64,000 nt of DNA from Octopus sinensis (GCF_006345805.1 NC_043023.1:6200001-6264000), one strand, 5' to 3'; counted from the stretch's first letter, positions 12,528 to 24,765 are shown. Numbers and translations are program-made. Notes: generated by a model not told the origin, from the letters alone.

Positions 12528-13145
12528 GGCGTAGGAGTGGCTGTGTGGTAAGTAGCTTGCTTACGAACCATTTGGTTTGGGGTTCAGTCCCACCTCGTGG
12601 CACCTTGGGCAAGTGTCTTCTGCTATTGCCTTGGGCCAACCAAAGCCTTGTGAGTGGATTTGGTAGACGGAAACTGAAAGAAGCCCGTCGTATATATGTA
12701 TGTGTGTGTGTGTGTGTCTGTGTTTGTCCCCCCAACATCGCTTGACAACTGATGCTGAAGACTTGTATTTGGTAGACGGAAACTGAAAGAAACCCGTCTT
12801 ATATATGTACATATGTATGTATGTGTTAGTCTGTGTTTGTCTCCCCAACATCGCTTGACAACTGATGCTGAAGCCTTGTGAGTGGATTTGGTAGACGGAA
12901 ACTGAAAGAAGCCCATCTTATATATGTATATATGTATGTATGTGTGTGTCTGTGTTTGCCCCCCCAACATCGCTTGACAACTGATGCTGGTGTGTTTATG
13001 TCCTCATAACTTAGCGGTTCGGCAAAAGAGACTGATAGAATAAGTACTAGGCTTACAAAGAATAAGTCCTGGGGTCAATTTGCTTGACTAAAGGCGGTGC
13101 TCCAGCATGGCTACAGTCACATGACTGAAACAAGTAAAAGAGAGA
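12528..13145 (+). mobile_element. SINE A copy with its middle segment triplicated
   Basis: tttggtagacggaaactgaaagaa...caacatcgcttgacaactgatgctg occurs three times in tandem between about 12657 and 12985. Confidence 0.85.
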
Positions 13146-14589
13146 AAAGAGAGTATCTATGGGATAACCCAAAATATGAACAACATTGTGATGGGGTGTA
13201 GGCTGTGTTTGTTCTTGACAGCAGGACTGTCCCAAATATTTAAGCAATATTGTAATGCGGTCATGGATGTCTTTATGCTTAACAGCAACACCATCCCCAG
13301 CTAAGAGCATTGTAATGTGACCTAGAATACCTGCGTTCTAACTGTAGCACTGTCCCAGATATATGAGCAACGTTGTGGTATGGTTGTGGATGTGTGTGTA
13401 ACAGCCAAGAGAGCAATATTGTAATGTGGTGTAGGCTGTGTGTGTATTTGCAGCAACAGAACTGTCCCAGATATACGAGCAGCATTGTGGTATGATCGAG
13501 GATGCCTGCATGTTTGTAATAGCAGCATTGTATAAGAAATGTGGGACAGTAATGTTGCCTATGATGTCTGTATGTGTAACAACAGCATTGTCCTAGATAT
13601 ATGAACAGCAGGAGTGGTTGTGTGATAAGTAGCTTGTTTCCCAACCACATGGTTCCTGGTTCAGTCCCACTGGGTGGCACCTTGGGCAAGTGTCTTCTAC
13701 TACTGCCTCAGACCGACCAAAGCCTTGTGAGTGGATCTGGTAGATGGAAACTGAAAGAAGCCCATTATATATGTGTGTGTGTGTGTACATGAAAAACATT
13801 CGAGCAGGTCATTGCCAGTGCCGCTGGACTGGCTCCTGTGCAGGTGGCACATAAAAAGCACCATTTGAGTGTGGCTGTTGCCACTAACACTTGACTAGCC
13901 CTCGTGCCGGTGGCACATAAAAGCATCCACTACACTCTCAGAGTGGTTGGCATTAGGAAGGGCAGATCAGATTGGAGCCTGGTGCAGCCATCTGGTTTGC
14001 TAGTCCTCAGTCAAATCGTCCAACCTATGCCAACACGGAAAGTGGACATTAAACGATGATGATGATAATGTATATATTTGTGTGTGTGTGTGTGTGTGTG
14101 TGTTTGTCCCCTCGCCATCGCTTGACAACCTATGCTGGTGTGTTTATGTCTACATATCTTAGCAGTTCAACAAAAGGGACTGATAGAATAAGTACTAAGC
14201 TTACAAAGAATAAGTTTTGGGGTTGAATTATTCAACTAAAGGTGGTGCTCCAGCATGGCCACAGTCAAATGACTGAAAAGTATTGTAACATAGTTTAGGA
14301 TATTTGTGTGTGTATGCCACAGCAGGACTGTCCCATATATGAAGGCAATATTGTAGGGTGGCAAGCTGGCAGAGTCTTTAGCATGTTGGGCAAAATGCCT
14401 AGTGACATTTATCTTTACACTCTGAGTTCAAATGCTGCAGGGGCCAACTTTGCCTTTCATTCTTTTGGGGTCAATAAAATAAGTACCAGTTGAGCACCGG
14501 GGTCAATGTAGTCAACTTAACCCATTCAACAAAATTGCTGGACTTGTGCCAAGTTTTGAAACCAATATTGTAATAATAAAATAAATACG

Positions 14590-14830
14590 CCCTTTTAAAA
14601 CATAGGCTCATGGGCCCGGTTTCCCGGTTTCTATGGCATATGTGTTCCCCAGCTGGACAGGACACCAGTCCATTGCAGCGTTACCCATTTTTGCCAGCTG
14701 AGTGGACTGGAGCAACATGAAATGAAGTGTTTTGCTAAAGAAGACAATGCGTCGCCCGGTCCAGGTATTGAAACCAGAATCTTACGATCATGATGCTGAC
14801 ACCCTAACCACTAAGCCACGTGCCTCCACA
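14590..14830 (-). mobile_element. tRNA-derived SINE of another family, possibly with a Meta-type 3' domain
   Basis: Head gtggaggcacgtggcttagtggttaggg, middle gcaaaacacttcatttcatgttgctccagtccactcagctg, tail tggactggtgtcctgtccagc...gaaaccgggaaaccggg. The domain assignment is from memory. Confidence 0.65.
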
Positions 14831-14944
14831 AATATTGTAATGTGAGGATGGAAATTTGTGTTTAACAGCAACAAAATCCAGCTAAGACAGCAGTTTAGGA
14901 TGTTTATGTGTGTCTCTAAAAGCAGGACTGTCCCAGATGTGTAG

Positions 14945-15525
14945 ACTGAGCAAGACACTTTATTTCACATTGCTCCAATTCATTCAGCTGTAGAAATGAG
15001 TTGCGACATCACAGGTGCCAAGCTGTATCGGCCCCTTTGCCTTTCCCTTAGATAACACTGGTGGCATGGAGATAGGAGGTTGGTATGCATGGGTGACTGC
15101 TGGCCTTCCATAAACAACATTGCCCAGAATTGTGCCTCGGAGGGTAATTTTCTAGGTGTAATCCCATGGTCACTGATGACTGAAAGGGGTCTCACCCTTT
15201 ACCCTATGTACATATAATGGCATGGAGGGGAACATTCTAGGTACAATCCCGTGATCATTCATGACCGAAGAGGGTCTTAACCCCCTACCCTATGGACATA
15301 TTATGGCACAGAGAGGGGAGGCTTGGATGCATGGGCGACTGCTGGTCTTCCACAAACAACCTTGCCTAGACTTGTGCCTTGGAGGAGAACTTCCTAGGTG
15401 TAATCCCATGGTCACTGATGACTGAAAGGGGTCTCACCCTTTACCCTATGTATATATAATGGCATGGAGGGGAACATTCTAGGTGCAATCCCATGGTCAT
15501 TCATGACCGAAGAGGGTCTTCACTG
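14945..15525 (+). mobile_element. SINE body with a tandemly duplicated 3' part of about 240 bp
   Basis: atgcatgggcgactgctggtcttcc...aatcccatggtcattcatgaccgaagagggtct occurs at about 15063-15303 and 15304-15525. Confidence 0.7.
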
Positions 15526-15812
15526 TCCCTGATATGAAAGTAGTACTGTAATGTGGATCTACAAGACAGAGTGTGTGTGTAGCAACAGCACTGTACCAGA
15601 TATATGAACAACATTAATATAAGCGTAGGAGTGGCTGTGTGGTAAGTAGCTTGCTTATGAACCACATGGTTCCGGGTTCAGTTCCACTGTGTGGCACCCT
15701 GGGCAAGTGTCTTCTACTATAGCCTTAGGCTGACCAAAGCCTTGTGAGTGGATTTGGTAGATGGAAACTGATAGACGCCCACAGTATATATATCTGTGTG
15801 TGTGTATATATG

Positions 15813-15853
<41 letters not shown>

Positions 15854-15857
<4 letters not shown>

Positions 15858-16085
15858 GTAAATGTAATATGTGGAAATTATTCGGCAGCCATGATAAAAC
15901 TCCAAATTTTGGATGCCGAGGTGGAAAACCATGCCGCCATCTCTTCAGGTATCCGGCCATTGGAAAAATGCTATCGGAGTTTTATCATGGCTACCGAATA
16001 ATTGTCACATATTACATTTACAGATAAATTCCTCTATTTACATAATATTGAGGTCTCTTTCTTTCTTTTGTTGTCTTACCATTTT
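15854..16085 (-). mobile_element. Penelope-like terminal repeat fragment with 50-bp inverted arms and a degenerate hammerhead
   Basis: 15854-15903 is the reverse complement of 15976-16025. The minus strand carries gatac-CTGAAGA-gatg...catcc-AAAA-tttgga-gtt-ttatc, with GAAA mutated. The same family occurs at 34540-34720. Confidence 0.65.
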
Positions 16086-16088
16086 TAT

Positions 16089-16123
<35 letters not shown>

Positions 16124-16401
16124 GTAAATGTATTTCTATTTCTATGTCTTGTTATATTTGTACTATATTAATGTATAATATCATTGCTATTGTGTAATGG
16201 TTTAATAAAGTATTGATTGGGTATTATCTGATGGTTGATGATTGATTTAGATATATTTCTCCATTTTCTCATTTTGTAGTTATATATATATATATATATC
16301 TAAAACAGGAAAGTTTATGAAAATAAACAAAAGACGAAGGCAGATGGAGTACAAACAAACAAATGTATTAGTATGGCGCTCAGGAATAGAAATAGAAAAA
16401 G

Positions 16402-16439
16402 TCTTTTACGTTTCGAGCCTACGCTCTTCGACAGAAAGA
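16402..16439 (-). ncRNA. Minimal type-I hammerhead-like motif with a variant core
   Basis: The minus strand reads UCUUU-CUGUCGA-A-GAG-CGUAGG-CUC-GAAA-CG-UA-AAAGA: 5-bp stem I, 3-bp stem II and palindromic ACGU stem III. Confidence 0.6.
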
Positions 16440-16469
16440 TACACAGAAAAAAACAAGGAGAGAAAAAAA

Positions 16470-16515
<46 letters not shown>

Positions 16516-16719
16516 GTCCATAAATTAGACATCACTAAATATATCCCCAATGGTTGTTATACTTTTTTGATAACATAATAGGTTAGATAGGATGATGTCT
16601 ATATTACAATGACCAATAATGTGTTGTGCATGTATAGTAATATTAGGATCATGAAATTAGTATTAGCTTATCTCACTCTTTCTTGTGGAACCCCAGTTGT
16701 AAAATGCTGATTTGGAATG

Positions 16720-16985
16720 TGAGTGGCAGAGTGAGTGTGAGAGAATGAATGCGAACGAATGTGAGAGAATGAGTGTGAAAGGGTGAATGCGAGTGAGGGT
16801 GAGAGAGTGAATGCGAGTGTGGGTGAGAGAGTGAATGCGAGTGAGGGTGAGAGAGTGAATGTGAGAGAGGGTGAGAGACAATGTGAGTGAGGGTGAGAAA
16901 ATGAATGTGAGTGAGGGTGAGAGACTGAATGCGAGTGAGGGTGAGAGAGTGAATGTATGCGAGTGTGAGAGAGTGAGTGCAGTCT
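16720..16985 (+). repeat. About 24-bp GA/GT minisatellite
   Basis: Repeated gcgagtgagggtgagagagtgaat units. Confidence 0.85.
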
Positions 16986-17169
16986 AGTAAGTGAAACAAG
17001 TAAATGATAAAAATGTATTGTAATGCAAATCACACATTATCTTTACAGGATGGTCAACAAGTACTTAAGAGGCCCCCAATTAAGAAAGCCTAATCTTTGT
17101 GATGTTGTCTTGCATGTTTCTGTACATGTGGGTATTGAGAACATCAGATAAAGTACCGGACTACTTATC

Positions 17170-17896
17170 CTCAGGTCCAATCAGAGATCTCATCAGACTG
17201 GTGAGACCTGTTACGGGTACCATGGAAACCAAAACTATCCGTTCCATGGCCAAGTGGTTGACAACTAAACTGGCTTCCTTGCTTGAATAGCTTGGAACGC
17301 TTGTGAAGAGGGTGCCTGGATACCCGGCAGGAGTAAAAACAAGATCTGTTGAAGGACAGATGAGCTCCCCATGAGCCAACAGCCATCCTGTTGGGGGAAA
17401 GCAATGGCAAGCCACCCCAATATCTCTGTCAAGAAAGTCACAACAAAGCATCATTAAGGATCCATCCGATGGAAGAACTTGTGCTTAATTGGGAAGATTT
17501 TCAAGGCATACAATACGAGACAAGAATGATACATATATAATTTTTGACTTGTTTCAGTCATTTGTTTCTGACCATGCTGGGGCACTGCCTTTTAGTCAAA
17601 TAAATCAACCCCGAGACTTATTCGTTATAGCTTAGTACTTATTCTATCAGTATCAGGAATGTAGACACACCAAATTCAGTTGTCAAGCAATGGTGGGGAG
17701 GAGACAAACACAGAGTCACAAATATATATATAATTTCAGTTTCCATCTCCCAAATCCACTCAAAAGGCTTTGGTCAACTCGAGGCTGTAGTAGAAGACAC
17801 TTGCCCAAGGTGTCACGCAGTGGGACTGAACCTGGAACCATGTGGCTGGTAACCAAGCTACTTACCACACAGCCACTCCCGTGCCTATACATATAT

Positions 17897-17959
<63 letters not shown>

Positions 17960-19125
17960 AGAGGGGAGGGATCTCATCAAAGGCTGGTGAGACCTGCTAC
18001 TGGTATCATGTAAACCAATGCTACTTGTTGCATGGTTGAGAGGTTGACAACTAAACTGGCTTCCCTGTTTGAGTAGATTGCTAGCCTTTGTGAAAAGGGT
18101 GTCTGGATATCCAGCAGAACTGAAAACAAGATCTGTTGAAGGATGGATCAGCTTCCTGTGGGCCAACAGTTAACTTGTTGGGGGAAGGCAATGACAACCC
18201 ACCCCAATATCTCTGCAAGAAAATACTCAAGGCTGCGAGCTGGCAGAATCGTTAGCACACCGGGCGAAATGCTTAGCGGTATTTCGTATGCCGCTACATT
18301 CTGAGTTCAAATTCCGCCGAGGTCGACTTTACCTTTCATCCTTTCAGGGTCGATTAAATAAGTACCAGTTACACACTGGGGTCAACATAATCGAATTAAT
18401 CTGTTTGTCTGTCCTTGTTTGTCCCCTCTGTGTTTAGCCCCTTGTGGGTAGTAAAGAAATAGGTATTTTGTCTGCTGCTACATTCTGAGTTCAAATTCAG
18501 CCGAGGTTTACTTTGCCTTTCATCCTTTCGGGGTCGATTAAATAAGTACTAGTTACGCATTGGGGTCGATATAATCGACTTAATCCGTTTGTCTGTCCTT
18601 GTTTGTCCCCTCTGTGTGTAGCCCCTTGTGGGCAGTAAAGAAATAAGAAAACACTACGAGGAAGTCAAAATGAAGTAATGGTATGGCTTCCTCTGACAGA
18701 TAAACCCATGTGCATAACCGGGAAGACTTTCATTATAAGGTCAACAAGACACTGTAAAAGCATAATATATGACAATTACTACTACTACTACTCCTCCTCA
18801 GGTGAGGTCAGCGATCACATCACAGGCTGATGAGACCTGCTACAGGTATCATGTAAACCAGTTCTACTTGTTTCATGGTGAAGTGGTCAGCAACCAAACC
18901 AGCTTCCCCACTTGAGTAGCCTACTACTCTTGTGAGGAGGGTGTCTGGACACAAAGTAGGATTAAAAACAGGACCTGTGAAAGGGCAGGTGAGCTCCTCA
19001 TGGACTAATGGCCATCCAGTTGAGGAAGGCAATAGCAAACCATACCAATATCTCTGCCGAGATAATACTATGAGAAATTCAAAACAAAGCAACACTGTGG
19101 CTTCATCTAGTGGGAGAACTTGCAT
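17170..19125 (+). mobile_element. Three diverged copies of an RTE-related leader or SINE segment (17170-17500, 17965-18760, 18800-19125)
   Basis: Each copy has ctggtgagacctg...ttgtga(a/g)gagggtgtctggac...ggaaggcaatggcaaaccaccccaatatctctg. The last motif resembles the BovB/RTE-associated ggcaacccactccagtattcttgcc. Confidence 0.6.
18236..18645 (+). mobile_element. SINE family B dimer
   Basis: Head plus two bodies joined at gaaataggtattttgtctgc (about 18460). Confidence 0.85.
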
Positions 19126-19131
19126 TTAAAA

Positions 19132-19549
19132 CCCTTTCATTACCATATTTATTTTGAGATATTCTGTGTTTCTTTCAATTATTTAAATATAACAAAACAT
19201 TTAATAAGATAATTAGTGTTAGGAACATAAATTGTGACTAAGGTTTGGTGGAAGATTTTAATTCAAAACTTATGAAAACAAGACATTTGTACTACAGAGC
19301 CAGAGGCGGTTTCAGCCAGATTTGTATCAAAAGGGTTAAAAATATCATGGTGACTTTAACCCTTTTGTTACCATATTTCTTTTGAGATGCTCTGTGTTTC
19401 TTTCAAGAATTTATTAAAATAACTTAGATATCATTAAGCTTGTGTTAGGAACATAAATTGTGACTAAGATTTTAATTCAAAACTTCTGAAGACAAGATAT
19501 TTGTACCACAGAGCCAGAGCCGGTTTCAGCTGGATTGGTAACGAAAGGA
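19132..19549. mobile_element. piggyBac-like MITE, two tandem copies (19132-19335, 19360-19549)
   Basis: Same internal sequence as the 10599 element, with ccctttc...aaaggg-TTAA termini. Confidence 0.8.
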
Positions 19550-20405
19550 TTAATCGAAAAGACTTATGATGTATTAGTCCAAGCTTCTTACATTTTGTGT
19601 TTAAATTCCACCAAGGTCAGATTGGTAGAACTCCATGTGGATCAGATGAGGTCCCCTATGGTATGCTTCATCTGATGGAAGAACTCATGCTTAATTGGAA
19701 AGACTTTTGTTGTAGTGTCATGAATGCACTGAAAACATATGATACATGACAAGTATTCATCCAAGCTTCTTGCATTTTGAGTTCAAATTCCACTGAAGTC
19801 AAATTAACCTTTCATCCTTTCAGGGTCAATAAAAAAAATGGTCTAAATCCATGATGCTATTTACAGATCACTGTCATACTCTAATCATCCATCATCATCT
19901 ATCTCATGATCCCCTCCTCCAATGCCCTCTCCCCTCTCAAAATTCCTTATCCTAGAAGTTACTTGGTGACCCTGCCAATGCAGGTGCCATGTAAAAAGCA
20001 TCCAGCTGTAAAAACCATGCCAAAACAGACATAGAAGTCTGGTGCAGTCTTCTACCTGACCAGCTCCTGTCAAACCGTCCAATGCTCAACAACATGGAGG
20101 ACAGACATTAAATGATGATTATGATGACTTAATCTTCTGATCTGGAGCTAAACTATATCAACAACTATTGTCACTAGTATTAACCACTAATCATCATCCT
20201 CATCACTAAACATCCACTCTTCAGGCAAACATGAGCTGGATGGTCTGACAAGATCCAACATGCTTCAGTGTCTGCTTTGACAATTTCAATATCAGGAAAC
20301 ACTTCCCAATGCCAACCACTCTACAATGTGTACCAGGTGCATTTTTCATTGTACCAACACTACTGAGGTTGTTATGTAACTCATAAGACCAATATTACTA
20401 AGTAT

Positions 20406-21205
20406 TAAGGGGTTGAAGTATAACAGAAGGGACAGGAATAACTGTCTTGCTGGAGAGGAGATACATAGAAGGGACAGGAAGAGGTTTCTTGCTGGAGAGG
20501 AGATACATGGCAACCTCACATTATATAAGGGTGGGTGGCTTTGTGTTAGATGTTGAGGGGTTAAAGTATGATAGAAGGGACAGGAAGAGGTTTCTTGCTG
20601 GAGAGGAGATACATGGCGACCTCACATTATATAAGGGTGGGTGGTTTTATGTTAGGCGTTGAGAGGTTAAAGTATGATAGAAGAGACAGGAATAGGTTTC
20701 TTGGTGAAGAGGAGATACATGGTTATCTCACATTATATAAGGGTGGGTGGTATTATGTTAGGCGTTGAGGGGTTAAAATATGATAGAAGGGACAGGAAGA
20801 GGTTTCTTGCTGGTGAGGAGATACATGGCTACCTCACATTATATAAGGGTGGGTGGCTTTATGTTAGGTGTTGAGAGGTTAAAGTATGATAGAAGGGACA
20901 GGAAGAGGTTTCTTGCTGGTGAGAAGATACATGGCTACCTCACATTATATAAGGGCGGATGGCTTTATGTTAGGTGTTGAGGGGTTAAAGTATGATAAAA
21001 GGAACAGGAGAGGTTCCTTGCTGGAGGTGGTACATGGTTACTGCACCTTATATAAGGGTGGGTGGCTTTGTGTTAGGTGTTGAGAGGTTAAAATATGATA
21101 GATGGGACAGGAACAGGTTTCTTGCTGGAAAGGAGATACATGGCTACCTCACATTATATAAGGGTGGGTGGTTTTATGTTAGGTGTTGAGGGTTTAAATT
21201 ATGAT
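20406..21205 (+). repeat. 106-bp minisatellite, about 7.5 copies
   Basis: Unit tagaagggacaggaagaggtttcttgctggagaggagatacatggctacctcacattatataagggtgggtgg... ORF starts recur at 20568, 20674, 20780, 20886 and 20992, a period of 106. Confidence 0.95.
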
Positions 21206-21999
21206 GTGTCTTCTAACATAGCCTCAGCCCTACTGAAGCCTTGCAAGTAGAATTGAAACTGAAAGCTCATCATATGCGTGAGTGCGTTGCTCACCATGCC
21301 GGAGGTAAAGAATACGCACACCACCCATTTTCGGCATAACCCCAACCCCTAACACTGAGTGTGCATATTCTTTACCACTGCTTGACAGCCGGTGTTGGTG
21401 TGGTTACGTCTCTATAACATAGGGGTTCGGCAAAATAGACTGACAGAATAAGTACTAGGCTTTACAAATAAGTCCCGGGGTCGATTTGTTAGACCAAAAC
21501 CACTCAAGACGGTGCTCCAGCATGGCCACAATCAAGTGACTGAAATCAAAGTAAAAATGTGTGTGTGTGTATGATGTATATATATATAGGCGCAGGAGTG
21601 GCTGTGTGGTAAGTAGCTTGCTTACCAACCACATGGTTCTGGGTTCAGTCCCACTGCGTGGCACCTTGGGCAAGTGTCTTCTACTATAGCCCCGGGCCGA
21701 CCAATGCCTTGTGATTGGATTTGGTAGACGGAAACTGAAAGAAGCCCGTCGTATATATGTATATACATATGTGTGTGTGTGTGATTCCTCCAACATCGTT
21801 TGACAATCGATGCTGGTGTGTTTACGTCCCCGTAACTTAGCGGTTCGGCAAAATAGCCGATAGAATAAGCACTAGGCTTACAAAGAATAAGTCCTGTGGT
21901 GCTCCAGCATGGCCACAGTCAAATGACTGAAACAAGTAAAAGAGTGAAAGAGAGTATATATATATATATATAGATGACGTAAAACAACGGATGCATCCG

Positions 22000-24060
22000 G
22001 AATGACCCGGAAAAAGAAACAGGAAGAAACAGAAAGAGCAAAGAAGTGCGAGACAACAAAGGGGAGAAAGAAATCGTCGAAGGAGGAGGAGGAGGAGCAA
22101 AAATAAAAAAGAAAGAAAGATTATGTGTAAATGGTGGTTTGAAGGAAGAGAGATTAAGAAATAAATAGGGAGGGGGAGTAAGAGGAGACCAGTTGTAAAG
22201 AGACAAAGAAACAGACAGAGCGGTAGGGAAAAGCACAAAGTAAAAGAAGGGGAGTGAATAAATTAAGAGGAAAAGGAAAGAAAAAAGGGTATAAGACTAT
22301 AAGGAAGACGGATGAGGAGGAGGAGGAGGAAATAGAGGGGAAAAGTGAGACTAAAAGAAATGAGAGAGGGTGTAAGAAGGGATATACGAGAGGGGTGGTA
22401 TGAGTAATGAGGAAACGAGAAAGAGAAAGACTAAAATGAGAGTAAATAGAAAAGAAGGGAAGAAAGAGGGGGGATTAGAAAGCTAAAAGTTATGAGAAAG
22501 AATGAGAGAAAAATGTGGAAAGAAAGACAAATAGAATCGTTTTTTGGATGAATAAAGACGAGAGGAAGAATCAGCCGTTGATGGAAAGAAAATCCCAGAG
22601 AGAAAGAGGGAAGAATACAGTAAGTTGAAGTGGATAGAAAAATAAAGAGGAAGAATAATGAAAGGAGTGGATGGGAAAAAGAATATAAGACAAGAGAGAG
22701 GAATAGTATAAGGGATGGTGTGAAAGACTAAAAGATAAGAGAGGGAGAGGAAATAAATAAAAAGAGCAAAAGAGAGAGATTAGTAATTACAATTGTAAGG
22801 AGAGAATAGAGAGAGTGAAAGCTGAGAGAGAGAGAGAGAGAGAGAGAAGAGAGAAAGGGTAAAAAGGTAAGAGAGGGGGAAAGTATATACTAGCTTGTAT
22901 GCATAGGAGAAAGATAAAGTAAAAGATGAGAGAGAGGGGTAAAGGAGACGGAGAAATATATAACAGTTTATGAGGGATAGGGAGAAAGACGGTAAAAGAT
23001 ACGAGAGAAGAAAAGGAGTGATGTAAAAGAAAGGGTAAAATTAAGAGAGGGGAAAAGAGAGACTGAGAAGTATAGAATAGATTATATAAGGAAGGGGAGG
23101 AGAATGACATGGTAAAAAATAAGAGAGGGGGATAAAAGAGACGGAGAAGTATATAACAGTTTATGAGGGAGAGGGAGAAAGACGATAACAGATACGAGAA
23201 GAAAAAGTGATGTAAAAGAAAGGGTAAAATTGAGAGGGGGGGTAAAAGAGAGACTGAGAAGTATAGAATAGATTATAAGGGGAGGAAAATGACATGGTAA
23301 AAGATAAGAGAGAGGGGTATGAGGGAGAGGGAGAAAGACGGTAAAAGATAGGAGAAAAAGAATGTAAAAGAAAGGGTAAAAATGAGAGGGGGGAAAAGAG
23401 AGAGTGAGAAGTATAGAATAGATTATATAAGGAAGGGGAGGAGAATGACATGGTAAAAGATAAGAGAGAGGGGTAAAAGAGACGGAGAAGTACATAACAG
23501 TTTATGAGGGAGAGGGAGAAAGACGGTAAAAGATACGAGAGAAGAAAAAGAAAGGGTAAACATGAGAGAGGGGAAAAGAGAGACTGAGAAGTATAGAATA
23601 GATTATATAAGGAAGGGGAGGAAAATGACATGGTAAAAGATAAGACAGAGGGGTAAAAGAGACGGAGAGGGAGAAAAACAGTAAAAGATACGAGAGAAGA
23701 AAAAGAGTGATGTAAAAGAAAGGGTAAAATTGAGAGAGGGGGAAGAGAGACTGAGAAGTATAGAATAGATTATATAAGGAAGGGGAGGAGAATGACATGG
23801 TAAAAGAAAAGACAGAGGGGTAAAAGAGACGGAGAAGTATGTAACAGTTTATGAGGGAGAGGGAGAAAGACGGTAAAAGATACGAGAGAAGAAAAAGAAT
23901 GTAAAAATGAGAGAGGGGGGAAAAGAGAGAGTGAGAAGTATAGAATAGATTATATAAGGAAGGGGAGGAGAATGACGTGGTAAAAGATAAGAGTGAGGGA
24001 GTGAAAGAAAGACTGAAAGACAAAGAGTGTGAGAAAGAGCGACAGCAGCTGAAGTATGAA
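22000..24060 (+). repeat. Purine-rich tract whose distal half is a 150-190-bp tandem repeat (six copies)
   Basis: gagaagtatagaatagatt occurs at about 23065, 23256, 23406, 23586, 23753 and 23933. The plus strand is nearly free of C. Confidence 0.9.
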
Positions 24061-24499
24061 GTTTAAAGTACAAAGAAAAAGGATTGGCGATCGAGGGAGA
24101 TGGAAGACATTTTGTGCTCCACTGTTGATAGAAATAAACTATATATAGGGAGCCAACAGTGTGTTAAGGGCCGTTGAGGTAAAATAAGGGGTTTGTATAT
24201 GAACCAGGCGGGGTGAAATGATAAGAAATACAGCCTATGAGAGGTCATAATGACTTAAATTTAAAACGATGTCTCATCATAAGAGGTGTCATGCCTGGCT
24301 TTCTTCCGTAATGGCGAGGAGCACGGTGGCAAGATGTGCTAGAAATAACAGCTAAATCACCCTGAAATCTCACACATGAAAATAGATCTCGTTTTTTTTT
24401 TTTCATAATCGTTATAAATTCCCGTGTGTAGAAAGGAAATTAGCAAAAATTTTCTGAAAATATCAAAAAAAATAATAAAAAAGGGTTATAAGAATTCCA

Positions 24500-24724
24500 C
24501 CGCAATTTATATACATACACACATACATACACATATATATATATAGACACACACACATATATATACACAGACACACATACATACACGTATATATATACAC
24601 AGACACACATACATACACATATATATATATATACAGACACACATACATACACATATATATATATATATATACATACACACACACATATATATATAGACAC
24701 ACATACATACACACACACACACAT

Positions 24725-24765
<41 letters not shown>

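Larger units (their letters stand above)
10080..15620 (+). repeat. Old, about 65-bp degenerate satellite broken into blocks by transposon insertions
   Basis: Recurring aacagcagcactgtcccagatatatgagcagtattgtaatgtg with 61-71 bp spacing in blocks 10080-10595, 11230-11785, 13150-13605, 14280-14360, 14830-14945 and 15525-15620. A stray unit lies at about 9015-9060. Confidence 0.8.

Noticed and set aside
15168-15192. ctgatgactgaaag looks like CUGAUGA..GAAA (also about 15414)
   Set aside because: There is no room for stem II, and it is a variant of the SINE tail ggtcattcatgaccgaag.
20447-21189. Repeated 65-71-aa ORFs
   Set aside because: The 106-bp period is not a multiple of 3, so the frame shifts and stops each unit; it is a non-coding VNTR.
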